Of a stretch of 64,000 nucleotides of DNA, positions 50,499 to 60,071 are shown piece after piece. The stretch is from contig JANTFH010000005.1 of the NCBI GenBank assembly GCA_024763535.1, forward strand, positions 4,612 to 68,611, written 5' to 3'. The notes under the pieces are model-generated. The model was not told where the DNA came from, did no database searches, and worked only from the letters and a program-made list of their open reading frames with translations. Both the position numbers and the translations under genes were made by a program. Position 1 is the first letter of the stretch; each line of letters begins with the position of its first letter. The DNA is from Thermodesulfobacteriota bacterium. Its GTDB lineage: Bacteria > Desulfobacterota > Anaeroferrophillalia > Anaeroferrophillales > Tharpellaceae.

Positions 50499-51593
50499 CT
50501 AAACCACATTTTCCTGATCATCATCGGTTTCGGAATCCTTGGTGATGATTCGCTCTTTAATCTGGTTCCAGATCTTCTTTTTAGGTAGAAGTTTCTGGAT
50601 CTCGTGGTTCTTCTCAAGTTCATTAAGCATATGCGAATTAACCTGTTTTTCTGCAAATTCAGCACAGAGCCGGATGCCGTTTTTTATCGATTTCCGACAG
50701 GATGAGCCGTGGGCGATAAAACAGTTGCCGTTGAGTCCCAAAAGCGGCGCCCCACCGACTTCGGTATAGTCAAGACGCTGTTTAATGCTCATAAGACCGT
50801 TTTTACAGAACCAGGCTCCAAGCTTGCGGGCGGTACTGGAGGTTAACTCCTCACGCATGATCTCTATCATGGCCATCCCCAGGCTTTCGGAGGTTTTTAA
50901 GACAATATTGCCGACGAAGCCGTCGCAGACAACTACATCCAGTTCGCCGGGGTAAATATCCCGACCTTCAACCGGGCCCACATAGTTCAGAGGGCTGTGT
51001 TTTAAGAGGTCATTGGTGGCCCGGGTTAATTCGTTGCCTTTGCTCTCTTCTTCACCGTTACTCAGGAGTCCAACCTTGGGAAGCTTGCGGTTCATGACCC
51101 ATTGCGCGTAGACGCTGCCCATAATTGCAAATTGGGCCAGATGCAGCGGGGCACAGTCAACATTACCCCCGACGTCAAGGACGGTTACAGGTTTTTTCAG
51201 GGTCGGCAGGCAGGTGGCGATAGCGGGTCGGTCAATACCTTTGAGTTTTTTCAGGGTGACCATGGCGATTGCCATGGTCGCTCCGGAATTCCCGGCGGAG
51301 ATGAATCCCTGCGCCCGCCCGTCCCGGACCAGTCGCAGACCAACGGCAATGGATGAGTCACGTTTGCGGCGCATCGCTTTGCCGGGTGAATCATCCATAG
51401 TTACGATTTCAGTTGCTGGTTGGACAAAAATCGGCAGATTTTTGATGTCATGTTTGGCCAGTTCATTCTCAATACGATCTTGAATTCCGACCAGAATGAT
51501 CTGAAGGTTGAGTTCCCGGGATGCCGCCACAGCTCCGGCGATAATCTCCTGCGGGGCCTGATCGCCGCCCATGGCATCTACGGCAATCTTCAT
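50499..51593 (-). CDS. plsX: Phosphate acyltransferase PlsX
   Basis: MKIAVDAMGGD, SAGNSGA, GIDRPAI, SNGEEESKG, CDGFVGNIVLK, GGAPLLG. Confidence 0.96.
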   Translation of the reverse strand: MKIAVDAMGGDQAPQEIIAGAVAASRELNLQIILVGIQDRIENELAKHDIKNLPIFVQPATEIVTMDDSPGKAMRRKRDSSIAVGLRLVRDGRAQGFISAGNSGATMAIAMVTLKKLKGIDRPAIATCLPTLKKPVTVLDVGGNVDCAPLHLAQFAIMGSVYAQWVMNRKLPKVGLLSNGEEESKGNELTRATNDLLKHSPLNYVGPVEGRDIYPGELDVVVCDGFVGNIVLKTSESLGMAMIEIMREELTSSTARKLGAWFCKNGLMSIKQRLDYTEVGGAPLLGLNGNCFIAHGSSCRKSIKNGIRLCAEFAEKQVNSHMLNELEKNHEIQKLLPKKKIWNQIKERIITKDSETDDDQENVV

Positions 51594-51716
51594 GGCCGAC
51601 CTTGCTTCAGTGAAGGTTGACAAATTATGAACTTTTTTTCACATAACTGTAAACGGGAAAAGAGGTAGATTACCGTGCAACCCGTGCAACCTTCGAGGCG
51701 GGGAACCATGGATAGC

Positions 51717-51893
51717 TTAGTCTACTTCAATAAAGGTTTCACCCTTATAGGTGCCACAGGATGCACAGACCCGGTGGGGAACAGTTATCGCCTGGCAGTT
51801 GGGGCAGGTGTTGGTCTGCGGGGCAGTGATCGCCAGATGAGAACGGCGTTGTCTTTTTCTTGCTTTGGATGTTCTTCTTTTTGGTACAGCCAT
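51717..51893 (-). CDS. rpmF: 50S ribosomal protein L32 (Zn-ribbon type)
   Basis: Absent from the ORF track. Manual translation MAVPKRRTSKARKRQRRSHLAITAPQTNTCPNCQAITVPHRVCASCGTYKGETFIEVD, with GGAG RBS. Confidence 0.97.
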   Translation of the reverse strand: MAVPKRRTSKARKRQRRSHLAITAPQTNTCPNCQAITVPHRVCASCGTYKGETFIEVD

Positions 51894-52024
51894 TATCTTT
51901 CTCCGATAATAAAAAAGGGTTGTTCTTTATTGAGTATCTGCAGGCTGAGCCTGCATCGGGCGGTTTATCTGGTTTTGCACCGCACCTTAAGATATAAGGA
52001 TAGTTTAAAACAAAAAAGCGCCGT

Positions 52025-52053
52025 ATATTATATTGATCCGCTTTTCTTGTCAA
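52025..52053 (-). promoter_or_regulatory. Putative sigma70 promoter of rpmF-plsX
   Basis: Minus strand TTGACA (52053-52048), 17 nt spacer, TAATAT (52030-52025). Confidence 0.55.
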
Positions 52054-52069
52054 GCCTTAAAACTAAGCT

Positions 52070-53785
52070 TCAGTCATCCAGCACCTGCTGGTGATGCTTG
52101 ATGATATTAAAGTCATCCGCGAAGATGTAGTCCAGAGTCGATTTAACTCGAAACTGGGCTTTGGTTATAAATATTTCTGCAATATTAACCTTACGTTCGG
52201 AGTTGAGACCATCTCGACAAAGCAGATAGGCGTAGATAACATCACAGGTCATATTGACCAGACGGTTTGTGTGGTATTCCTGGAAAACCGAATCACCTTT
52301 ATCTTTGATAAAAGAGATTGCCATCTCCAGATTTGTCCGCATCTTCTGAGCCGTTTTGAAAATTTCCCCGAGTTGGGAGAGATCGTAATTGTCTTCATAC
52401 TCGCTTAGTCTTTCGGAGACCACCCCGGCAACAATTCCGCCCACGGCGGCAATCGCCTGGAGCTGGGTGGTACCTTCATAAATATTGGTGATGCGGGCAT
52501 CGCGGTAGTGACGTTCGACATCAAACTCCTTGGTGAAACCGACTCCGGCATGAATCTGGATGGCATCGTAGGTGACCTTGTTGGCCATTTCGGCGGCTGA
52601 ACTTTTTGCCAGCGGGGTAAAGAGCGAGGCAAACCGGGTATAGCGCTTGAAATCAGCTTTAATATCAGCGGCCCGGTCGGGATGGCTTTCGATGCGCTCT
52701 TCGATCCCCTCTTTGATGTCGACAATCTTGGAGGTTTCATAGACCAGAGAGCGGGCCGCTTCGATTGCGACCTTCATATCGGTAAGCATCTCATAGATGA
52801 CAGCAAAGTTTCTAATCGGTTGCTTAAACTGAGCCCGGTCATTGGCATAGGCATAAGCTTTACGGTAGGCGGCTTCAGCGATGCCGACCGACTGGGCGGC
52901 AACTGCGAGGCGGGCACCGTTCATCAGATAGATGGTATATTTGATCAGTCCGAGTTTGCGTTTCCCTAGGAGTTCGGCCCTGGCATTGTTAAACTGAAGC
53001 TCGCAGGTCGGGGAGCCGGTGATCCCGAGCTTGTGCTCGATCCTTCGTACTCTCATATCCTGATCGCGTTCGTAAATAAAGAGTGAGAGTCCGCGGCCGC
53101 TGGTTGATCCCTCTTCCGTACGAGCCATAACTAGAGATATGTCGCCGCAGCCGTTGGTGATAAAACGTTTGACTCCGTTAAGGCGCCAAGTACCGTTTTC
53201 ATCCTGATGGGCTCGCATGGCGACCGACTGAAGATCAGACCCGGAATCAGGTTCGGTCAGAGCCATTGAGCCCATGACTTCGCCGCTGGCGAATTTAGGC
53301 AGGTATTTCTGTTTCTGTTCCTCGGAACCGAATTTACAGATGGTATCACTTAACCCCTGCAGGCCGAAAACCAGCATCAGGGAGGCATCGGCCCGGGAGA
53401 TCATCTCAATGGCGGCGGAGAAGATCGTAATCGGCATGTTTATACCCCCATATTTACGGGGCATGGTAAATCCGGCCAGATCAGCCTGGTTGATCCGTTC
53501 AATCGATTCGCGGATACCTTTCGGGTAGGTTACCTCGCCATCGGCATACCGGGCTTCCTCTTCATCCACCTCCCGGGCCCGGGGTTCGGCAAATTCTCCG
53601 GCGATCTCACCGACAATCTCCAGCACCCGGTCGTAGTTATCCATGGCGTCGGCCTGATCAACCGGGGCGTAGGGAAACTCATCCTTTTCTTTGAAACCGT
53701 CTTCTTTTAAGTCGATTACCCGGCTTAAATCGAGGTTTTCCATGTGAAAGAGTATATCTGCATTATCTCGATAATAGTTTACCAT
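52070..53785 (-). CDS. Acyl-CoA dehydrogenase family protein (long form)
   Basis: MALTEPDSGSDL, LNGVKRFITNG, EHKLGITGSPTCEL, YRDARITNIYEGTTQLQ. Confidence 0.93.
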   Translation of the reverse strand: MVNYYRDNADILFHMENLDLSRVIDLKEDGFKEKDEFPYAPVDQADAMDNYDRVLEIVGEIAGEFAEPRAREVDEEEARYADGEVTYPKGIRESIERINQADLAGFTMPRKYGGINMPITIFSAAIEMISRADASLMLVFGLQGLSDTICKFGSEEQKQKYLPKFASGEVMGSMALTEPDSGSDLQSVAMRAHQDENGTWRLNGVKRFITNGCGDISLVMARTEEGSTSGRGLSLFIYERDQDMRVRRIEHKLGITGSPTCELQFNNARAELLGKRKLGLIKYTIYLMNGARLAVAAQSVGIAEAAYRKAYAYANDRAQFKQPIRNFAVIYEMLTDMKVAIEAARSLVYETSKIVDIKEGIEERIESHPDRAADIKADFKRYTRFASLFTPLAKSSAAEMANKVTYDAIQIHAGVGFTKEFDVERHYRDARITNIYEGTTQLQAIAAVGGIVAGVVSERLSEYEDNYDLSQLGEIFKTAQKMRTNLEMAISFIKDKGDSVFQEYHTNRLVNMTCDVIYAYLLCRDGLNSERKVNIAEIFITKAQFRVKSTLDYIFADDFNIIKHHQQVLDD

Positions 53786-53895
53786 TTTAAACTCACTCCT
53801 TAATGCACTCGTAAAAGATCACGGAAAGGCAAAATAAAAAATTCGATACTCAATAACGCAGAAGATCGAAACTTTTTTACTTAGCCATAAGCTCC

Positions 53896-54906
53896 TTAGG
53901 CTTTTCTGTAGGCCTTAATCATCTTATTCAGGACATCCTTGACATCGCCGACGATGCCGTAGTGGGCGATAGCGAAAATCGGGGCATGGGGGTCTTTGTT
54001 TATAGCGATGATCCGTTTAGCCTCGGACATTCCGGCCCGGTGCTGGATCTGTCCGGAAATGCCGCAGGCTATGTAAAGATTGGGCCGTACCGTAATTCCG
54101 GTCTGGCCGACCTGGTGATCCTTGTCGAGGATACCCGAATCAACTACCGGCCGGGAGCAGCCTAATTCACCGCAGAGCGCGTGCGCCAGTTCCCGGGCCA
54201 GTTCTATCGCCTCGGGGTCGGAAGCCCCCATGCCGGCGGAGACGATAATCTGGGCGGCCTTCAGGTTAACGGCTTTCTCTTCACTTATAACTTCAAGTAC
54301 TTCAGTGAGAAAATCATCGTCACTGAGTTGGCAGGCCTGATTGACAACCTCAACCGTCAAGCCGGGGTTCGGAGCTGCCATCTTCATAACCCCCTCACGA
54401 ACAGTCGCCATGCTCGGCATACTTTCCGGAGAGACAATGGTCGCAATAATATTGCCGCCGAAAGCGGGGCGAATCTGGAGCAGAATATTTTTGTAGATTT
54501 TATCCTTGATCTTGTGTTCACCGATCTGCAAATCGGTGCAGTCTGCAGTCAGACCGCATTTCAAGGCGGATGCGACTCTGGGAGCGACATCCCGGCCCAT
54601 GGTTGTGGCCCCGAAGAGGACAATTCCGGGATTGTGGGCCTTGATGGTGTTGATAACCGTTTTGGCATACGGGATGGAGGTGAAGTGGGCCAGTCGCGCG
54701 TCATCCGTATAGTAGACCCTTTGACAGCCGTGATGACCTAAAACGGCAAGTTCATCGGTGAGGTTGTGGCCGACGGCTACGGCTTCAACCTGAACCCCGA
54801 GTTGTTCGGCGAGATCTGTGGCGGCCCCGAGTAGCTCCAGGCTGACTTCGGCAATTTTACCGGCTCGTGACTCGATGAAGACCATTACGTTTTTTTGTTT
54901 ACTCAT
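53896..54906 (-). CDS. etfA: Electron transfer flavoprotein alpha subunit
   Basis: GLTADCT, RPAFGGNI, QVGQTG..PNLYIACGISGQIQHRAGM, AINKD. Confidence 0.95.
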   Translation of the reverse strand: MSKQKNVMVFIESRAGKIAEVSLELLGAATDLAEQLGVQVEAVAVGHNLTDELAVLGHHGCQRVYYTDDARLAHFTSIPYAKTVINTIKAHNPGIVLFGATTMGRDVAPRVASALKCGLTADCTDLQIGEHKIKDKIYKNILLQIRPAFGGNIIATIVSPESMPSMATVREGVMKMAAPNPGLTVEVVNQACQLSDDDFLTEVLEVISEEKAVNLKAAQIIVSAGMGASDPEAIELARELAHALCGELGCSRPVVDSGILDKDHQVGQTGITVRPNLYIACGISGQIQHRAGMSEAKRIIAINKDPHAPIFAIAHYGIVGDVKDVLNKMIKAYRKA

Positions 54907-54973
54907 ATTTTTTATTTCTCCTGCTGTCTTTAGGAACTTACAGGTTGTTATTTTCTATTTTCGTCGTGGGTTG

Positions 54974-55843
54974 TCATCCGATGATATTTTCACTGACCAG
55001 TTCATTCATGAGAGCGTTGATCTCCGATTCGCTGTTGGCTATCTGGCGGCTTTCACAGCCGCTCAGAACCACACTCTGAATCTTTTTAACCTTGGTCGGT
55101 GAACCGGAAAGACCGCATTGAACCGGGTCGGCTTTAATCGATTCTACGTTCCACTCTTTTATATGACTTAAAATACTGCAGTTCTCTGTTGCCAGATAAC
55201 TTTCGCCATAGGACGAATTGCAGATCTCTTTACCGATATTTTTGTAGGTCATTACCTTCTTGGCATTGGCCGAACGGGGTTCGTTGGCACTGGCGGTAAT
55301 CGTCAAAAGTACCGGGAAGCCGCTTTTGACAATCTCGTAACCATCTTCGACCGAGCGTTTCGCGGTGATTGATTCATCATTAATTTCAGTTACGGAGGAT
55401 ATGCAGGTGAGCTGGTTGATCTCAAGTTTTTCCGCAATCTGCGGTCCGACCTGAGCCGTATCACCGTCAATTGCCTGGCGGCCGCAGAGGATAAGGTCAT
55501 AGTCACCAGTCTGTTCAATGGCACACTTTAACGCGTATGAGGTTGCCAGGGTGTCGGCTCCGGCAAAGCGCCGGTCGGAGACCAGAATGGCGTCATCAGC
55601 TCCCCGATAGAGGCACTCTTTCAAAACCTCGACCGCATTCGGCGGCCCCATAGAGATGCAGGTAACGTGACCGCCGGCTCTCTCCTTGATTTTTAACGCC
55701 TCTTCCAGGGCATTGAGGTCTTCAGGGTTGAAAATTGTCGGTAGAGCGGCTCGATTTACAGTCCCATCTTCCTTCATGGCCTCCCCGGTAACGTTGTGTG
55801 TATCGGGAACCTGCTTGACGGTTACAATCATCCGTAAACCCAT
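54974..55843 (-). CDS. etfB: Electron transfer flavoprotein beta subunit
   Basis: VKQVPDT, NPEDLNALEEA, SMGPP, DRRFAGADTLATSY, GRQAIDGDTAQVGPQ, GLSGSPTKV. Confidence 0.95.
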   Translation of the reverse strand: MGLRMIVTVKQVPDTHNVTGEAMKEDGTVNRAALPTIFNPEDLNALEEALKIKERAGGHVTCISMGPPNAVEVLKECLYRGADDAILVSDRRFAGADTLATSYALKCAIEQTGDYDLILCGRQAIDGDTAQVGPQIAEKLEINQLTCISSVTEINDESITAKRSVEDGYEIVKSGFPVLLTITASANEPRSANAKKVMTYKNIGKEICNSSYGESYLATENCSILSHIKEWNVESIKADPVQCGLSGSPTKVKKIQSVVLSGCESRQIANSESEINALMNELVSENIIG

Positions 55844-56430
55844 GAATGATACCTCGCTTTATTCTTAATGGTTGAAAGTTAACTGTATGGCCTTTGTTAC
55901 AATTATAAATCAAGGGCGGCTAATTAGCAAACTAATCAGGAAAAGACAAGGAAAACTATATTTGCTGCTGGTGTAAAAATTATATCACATGCAAACACCG
56001 ATTTTCGGGGTTTCGAGGAACCAGGATTTGGGGCCGTCAGGTGCCGCTGGGAAGGGGGTAAGTCGCGCCATTAAACAAGATATATTTATATCCAATAATT
56101 CGCCTTTTTGAATATATAAATATCTGAATTTAATAATAATTTTTTTTTCACAAAAAATTAAGAATAAGTTAATTTAGCTATTGACAGGAGCAATAATATC
56201 AACTAGAGCTAACTTTATAGAGTGGTCTGTAACGAAGATCAGTTTAACTCGCAAATAGAGATTAATGTTGACAAAGGGGGTGGGTTTTAGGCGCAACATG
56301 ATTTGCAGTTTAATTGATTGTTTCTGGTTGTGAGGGATAGCATCTTGCAAGCCCGCTTATTATGCAAACTTATGTAGAATGTATAAGCGGAAAATAAAGA
56401 TCTATTTTAACTTAGGGAGAAGAGAGGGGT

Positions 56431-57441
56431 ATGAAAATGAAGAAAAATTGGCTTTTGCTGGGTGCAGGGTTGCTGATGGTGCTGGCGATGACCATCACGG
56501 CCTGTACGACTTTGAGTGATCAAAGAGCCAGCGTTCTCAAGTTGCCGGTTCCCGTTCAGGGGGCTCAGTTTGCCGGGAGTGAGGCTTGTGCCGACTGCCA
56601 CGAAGAACTGGTGGCAACTTTCAGCGGCTCGATTCATGATCGGATCCTGGCCAAAGAGACAGCGATCGGCATGAAAGGCTGTGAGACCTGCCATGGTCCC
56701 GCCAGCCTGCATATGGATTCTGAGGATCCGGAACAGATTATCGCTTTTGAAAATCTGGATGCCGGAACTTCATCCGCGGTCTGTCTGCGTTGTCATAGTG
56801 ACGGTGAACATTTCGACTGGGCCGGTACCTCGCATCCGATGAATGATGTCGGTTGCTTGAGCTGTCATAAAATCCATAATCCACCGGTGGCGAAAAATTC
56901 GCTGGAAAAGGCCGAGCCGGAACTCTGTTATGAGTGTCATGCGCTGGAGCGGGCGAAGATGTACTATCCTTCGCATCATCCGGTTAAAGAGGGCAAGATG
57001 GTCTGCAGTGACTGTCACGCCAATCACGGTTCAATGGTTAATAACCTGAAAACCGATGAACGTCTTAACGATCTCTGTTTAAATTGTCATGCCCGTTATC
57101 AGGGCCCGTTCGTTTTCGAACATTCACCGGTTTCCGATGATTGTATGATCTGTCACGATCCGCACGGTACGGTTTCTAATAATCTCAAAAAAGCGAATGA
57201 ACCTTACCTCTGCCTGCAGTGTCACGAGCCGCATTTCCACGCCGGCCGGACTTCAACCCCGACGGGTGTAATGAAGGATCCGTATGGTAATTTGGTTCCA
57301 GAGAAAGATTATAACAGCGGTAATAAAAATGTTTGGGCTCAGGCTTACGCTACCAAATGTACTCAGTGTCATGCCCAGATTCACGGCAGCGATCTGCCCT
57401 CCCAGACGGTTCCCGGACAGGGCGGGGGTTTAACCAGATAA
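56431..57441 (+). CDS. Decaheme c-type cytochrome lipoprotein (DmsE/MtrA-like, GSU2203-type)
   Basis: Lipobox ITAC. Ten CxxCH (CADCH, CETCH, CLRCH, CLSCH, CYECH, CSDCH, CLNCH, CMICH, CLQCH, CTQCH). PSHHPV, GPFVFEH and IHGSDLP motifs. Confidence 0.93.
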   Translation: MKMKKNWLLLGAGLLMVLAMTITACTTLSDQRASVLKLPVPVQGAQFAGSEACADCHEELVATFSGSIHDRILAKETAIGMKGCETCHGPASLHMDSEDPEQIIAFENLDAGTSSAVCLRCHSDGEHFDWAGTSHPMNDVGCLSCHKIHNPPVAKNSLEKAEPELCYECHALERAKMYYPSHHPVKEGKMVCSDCHANHGSMVNNLKTDERLNDLCLNCHARYQGPFVFEHSPVSDDCMICHDPHGTVSNNLKKANEPYLCLQCHEPHFHAGRTSTPTGVMKDPYGNLVPEKDYNSGNKNVWAQAYATKCTQCHAQIHGSDLPSQTVPGQGGGLTR

Positions 57442-57455
57442 TTTAAGGAGAGATT

Positions 57456-59780
57456 ATGAAACGTATTGCACAATACACGATTCTGGCCCTCTGCCTGGTG
57501 CTGGTACCGGTTCTTGCGTGGGCGGGACAAACCACGGGCAGTGTCGGGATTGGTATTCAGGGAGTCGATATTAACGACTCACGCGAGGGTGCGGCTGAGT
57601 ATCTTACTGCCGAACAGGGCGGCCGGCCGACATTTGACATGACGGTCAACGGCGAACAAAACGGCGTCAAATATGATTTCGGGATGAATTTTCTCAATGA
57701 AGATGATCTTGGTGGCAATCTTGATTTAGACCTGAAGCGTTATTTTAGGACTAAAAACAGTTACCAGAAATTTAACCACTGGTTGGAAAATGATGACCTC
57801 GTTAACCATAATGAGGATCCTGATTTTAGGTTTCCAACCGGAATGACAGAAACAAACCCTTACTACATTGCGGCCGCCAGTAAGGCAGTTTTTAATAAAC
57901 CGCAAGTAATGGGACCCAATATTGCGGTAGCCCGGAATACTTCCTGGGGCGATGATCTTTATGTTGTCCGTGATGAATTTGTTTCCGAGAATGAATTTCT
58001 GCTTCCCGGAGCCGAGTTCATTAAAATTCATGCAAAATATCGGATGGAACAGCGTGAAGGTTACGAACAGACCAAGACTTTGAGTAAATGCGGCGGCTGT
58101 CATCTGGCGGCGGATAAACACAAAATCGATGAAGAGACCCAGGATTTTCAGATCGGGGCGACCGCTCATTTAGGTCTGGTAACTCTGGATTACACCTTCC
58201 TGCGACGCACTTTTGATGAGAATTCAAACGCGCCGACACATACTTATATGTCAGCCGGGTCATTGCAGAAAAAGATGGCGATTGACGGATCTGATGGTGA
58301 AGTGATCTATGCCGCGACCCCGGATTCCGAGAAGGATTCTCATATTATCAAAGCTCAGGTGGCGTTGCCGATGAATACGGCGGTTTTCGGTAGCTACGTT
58401 CATACCGAAATCGATAATAATGACGCCAAGAGCAATAATGTGGGTGATGTAACTATCAGCAGCGATCCGGGTTTTGATTATGATGCCTACGCGATGCGGG
58501 TTACCTCTTCACCGCTTCACTTTATGACGATGTCATTCAAGTATCGTCATGAAGATCTCGACGCTGATGATGTTACAATTCTGTTTGATGACTCAGCTTA
58601 TGACCCGCTGGGGCGTGATTCCCAAGTACTGGATCCGACAAACTACGGTCTCCATGGCTACTCGGAAGAGCATGACGGCTGGCCGCGTGAACGGCAGTCG
58701 ACCCTGTCTCGCAATATCGACACTTACGGGGCCGAGTTCAAATTCAAGGTTTTCAAACGTACCAACCTGCTGGTTGGCTGGGAGCGGGAAGAGGAAGATA
58801 TCGATGTTGAGTGGGAGACCACCACGGATATCTATTCGGTTGCTTTAAACAGTCGTCTGATTAAAAATTTGAGTCTGCGTCTGCAGTATGATTACGAGGA
58901 TATTGACGATCCTTTCGCTAATGAGCACGCGGCTTATACTGATCCGGCAGCTATGCTTACCTGGCTTAAGGCGACGGTCGATCCCACCTGTGGTCTGCCG
59001 GCCTGTAGTATTAAAGGTATGGCCAGTCCCGGCAGCCCCAAAGCGGCCGAGTATACGGTGATGTATAACAGTCGTCAGCTTGATCTGACTTCCGAGCCCG
59101 AAAGTGCGCATCATTTCAAAGCGCATGCCTCTTATAACATTACACCGCGCATTGTTGCCAGTGGTCATTTCCAGTATGATCTGGAAGAGGTCAAAATTGA
59201 TGCGCCGGGACATGGCAACACCTTCGACAAGGAGATGTATGCTGTGGGGGCCGATCTTTTTCTCGCACCGCTGGATAATCTGACGTTTACGTTGGCTTAT
59301 AACTACCTCGATATGGAGGATCAGGCTTTTCTCTCCGCGGTTGCCTATGGCGGCTGAGCCGGCTCTTTTTTGTCCCCAAGTTATGGGGTCACATTGTCGG
59401 ATATGGAGAACAACACCGAAGTTCACACCCTGCTTGTAAGTGCTGATCTTGCAGCGACTGAGAAACTTAAATTCAACGGTGGTATAATCTTTAACTGGAG
59501 CAAATCCGAGATGGATAATCTCAGTGCCTCCTATTATGAAGGTAAGCAGCCGGCCGCATTTGGTTACGACCATGCGATCGCTTTCAGTACCTGGGAAGAT
59601 AATACCGATCAGGATATTCAGGAGGTTGAGTACTACCTGGGTTGTTCGTATGATGTCAATGATATGATGTCAGTTAATATTAATGCCTCATATACCGACT
59701 ATACCGATGACGAGCCCTATCTTTATGATACTGATGGCGATCTCCTCCTGGTTAATGCCGGTCTGACTTTCAGATTCTAA
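57456..59780 (+). CDS. Outer-membrane beta-barrel (MtrB/PioB-like, GSU2204-type) with CxxCH and putative Sec634 at TGA 59355-59357
   Basis: ORFs 57456-59357 and 59370-59780 join in frame (AVAYGG-U-AGSFLSPSYG). Signal peptide, KCGGCHL, alternating beta-strands. The terminal AGLTFRF beta-signal is reached only by readthrough. 774 aa. Confidence 0.85.
59371..59393 (+). promoter_or_regulatory. SECIS-like hairpin after porin TGA
   Basis: TGT-CCCCA-[AGTTA]-TGGGG-TC-ACA, starting 13 nt after the UGA. Folded by eye. Confidence 0.55.
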
Positions 59781-59820
59781 GCTGAAATTTAGTTGTTGAA
59801 AATGAGGGCTTAACCAACAC

Positions 59821-59859
59821 AAAAAGGCCCCGACTTTATTAAAGTCGGGGCCTTTTTTT
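59821..59859 (+). terminator. Rho-independent terminator of the decaheme/porin operon
   Basis: AAAAAGGCCCCGACTTTA / TAAAGTCGGGGCCTTTTT inverted repeat plus U-tract. Confidence 0.92.
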
Positions 59860-59880
59860 ATAAAAATATCGGCTCGTTTC

Positions 59881-59909
59881 TTGACAATGGCGATATCTGT
59901 CGTTATCTT
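59881..59909 (+). promoter_or_regulatory. Putative sigma70 promoter
   Basis: TTGACA (59881-59886), 17 nt spacer, TATCTT (59904-59909). Confidence 0.6.
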
Positions 59910-60019
59910 ATGTAAAAGTTCAAGTGTTTCTGGTGTTTGTTGCGGCCACTACCAAAGGAGTTGCCCTTGCCGGTTGTGATTTGCAGATTTAAACAAACTT
60001 TGACGATGAAATAATTTTC

Positions 60020-60052
60020 AGCCGTCGGCTTAGCCGACGGCTCTTGTTTTTT
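60020..60052 (+). terminator. Terminator-like hairpin in the leader of the DUF2520-dnaG-rpoD region
   Basis: AGCCGTCGGC-TTA-GCCGACGGCT followed by CTTGTTTTTT, about 20 nt before the start codon at 60072. Confidence 0.7.
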
Positions 60053-60071
60053 CTACGGACTTTTAAACTGT

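Noticed and set aside
51673-51692. Tandem CCGTGCAAC x2 between rpmF and plsX
   Set aside because: Only two 9-bp copies, compatible with chance, and no array structure.
3665-59357. Genome-wide UGA reassignment (code 4 or 25) as the cause of the in-frame TGAs
   Set aside because: Many genes end in TGA at their expected C-termini or in ATGA overlaps. In-frame TGAs are rare, and the nuoB and FDH ones fall on known Cys/Sec positions.
59916-60052. pan RNA motif or tmRNA-like tag in the DUF2520 leader
   Set aside because: I could not see the pan motif's bulged-G hairpin, and the uORF lacks an Ala-Ala end and tRNA-like flanks.
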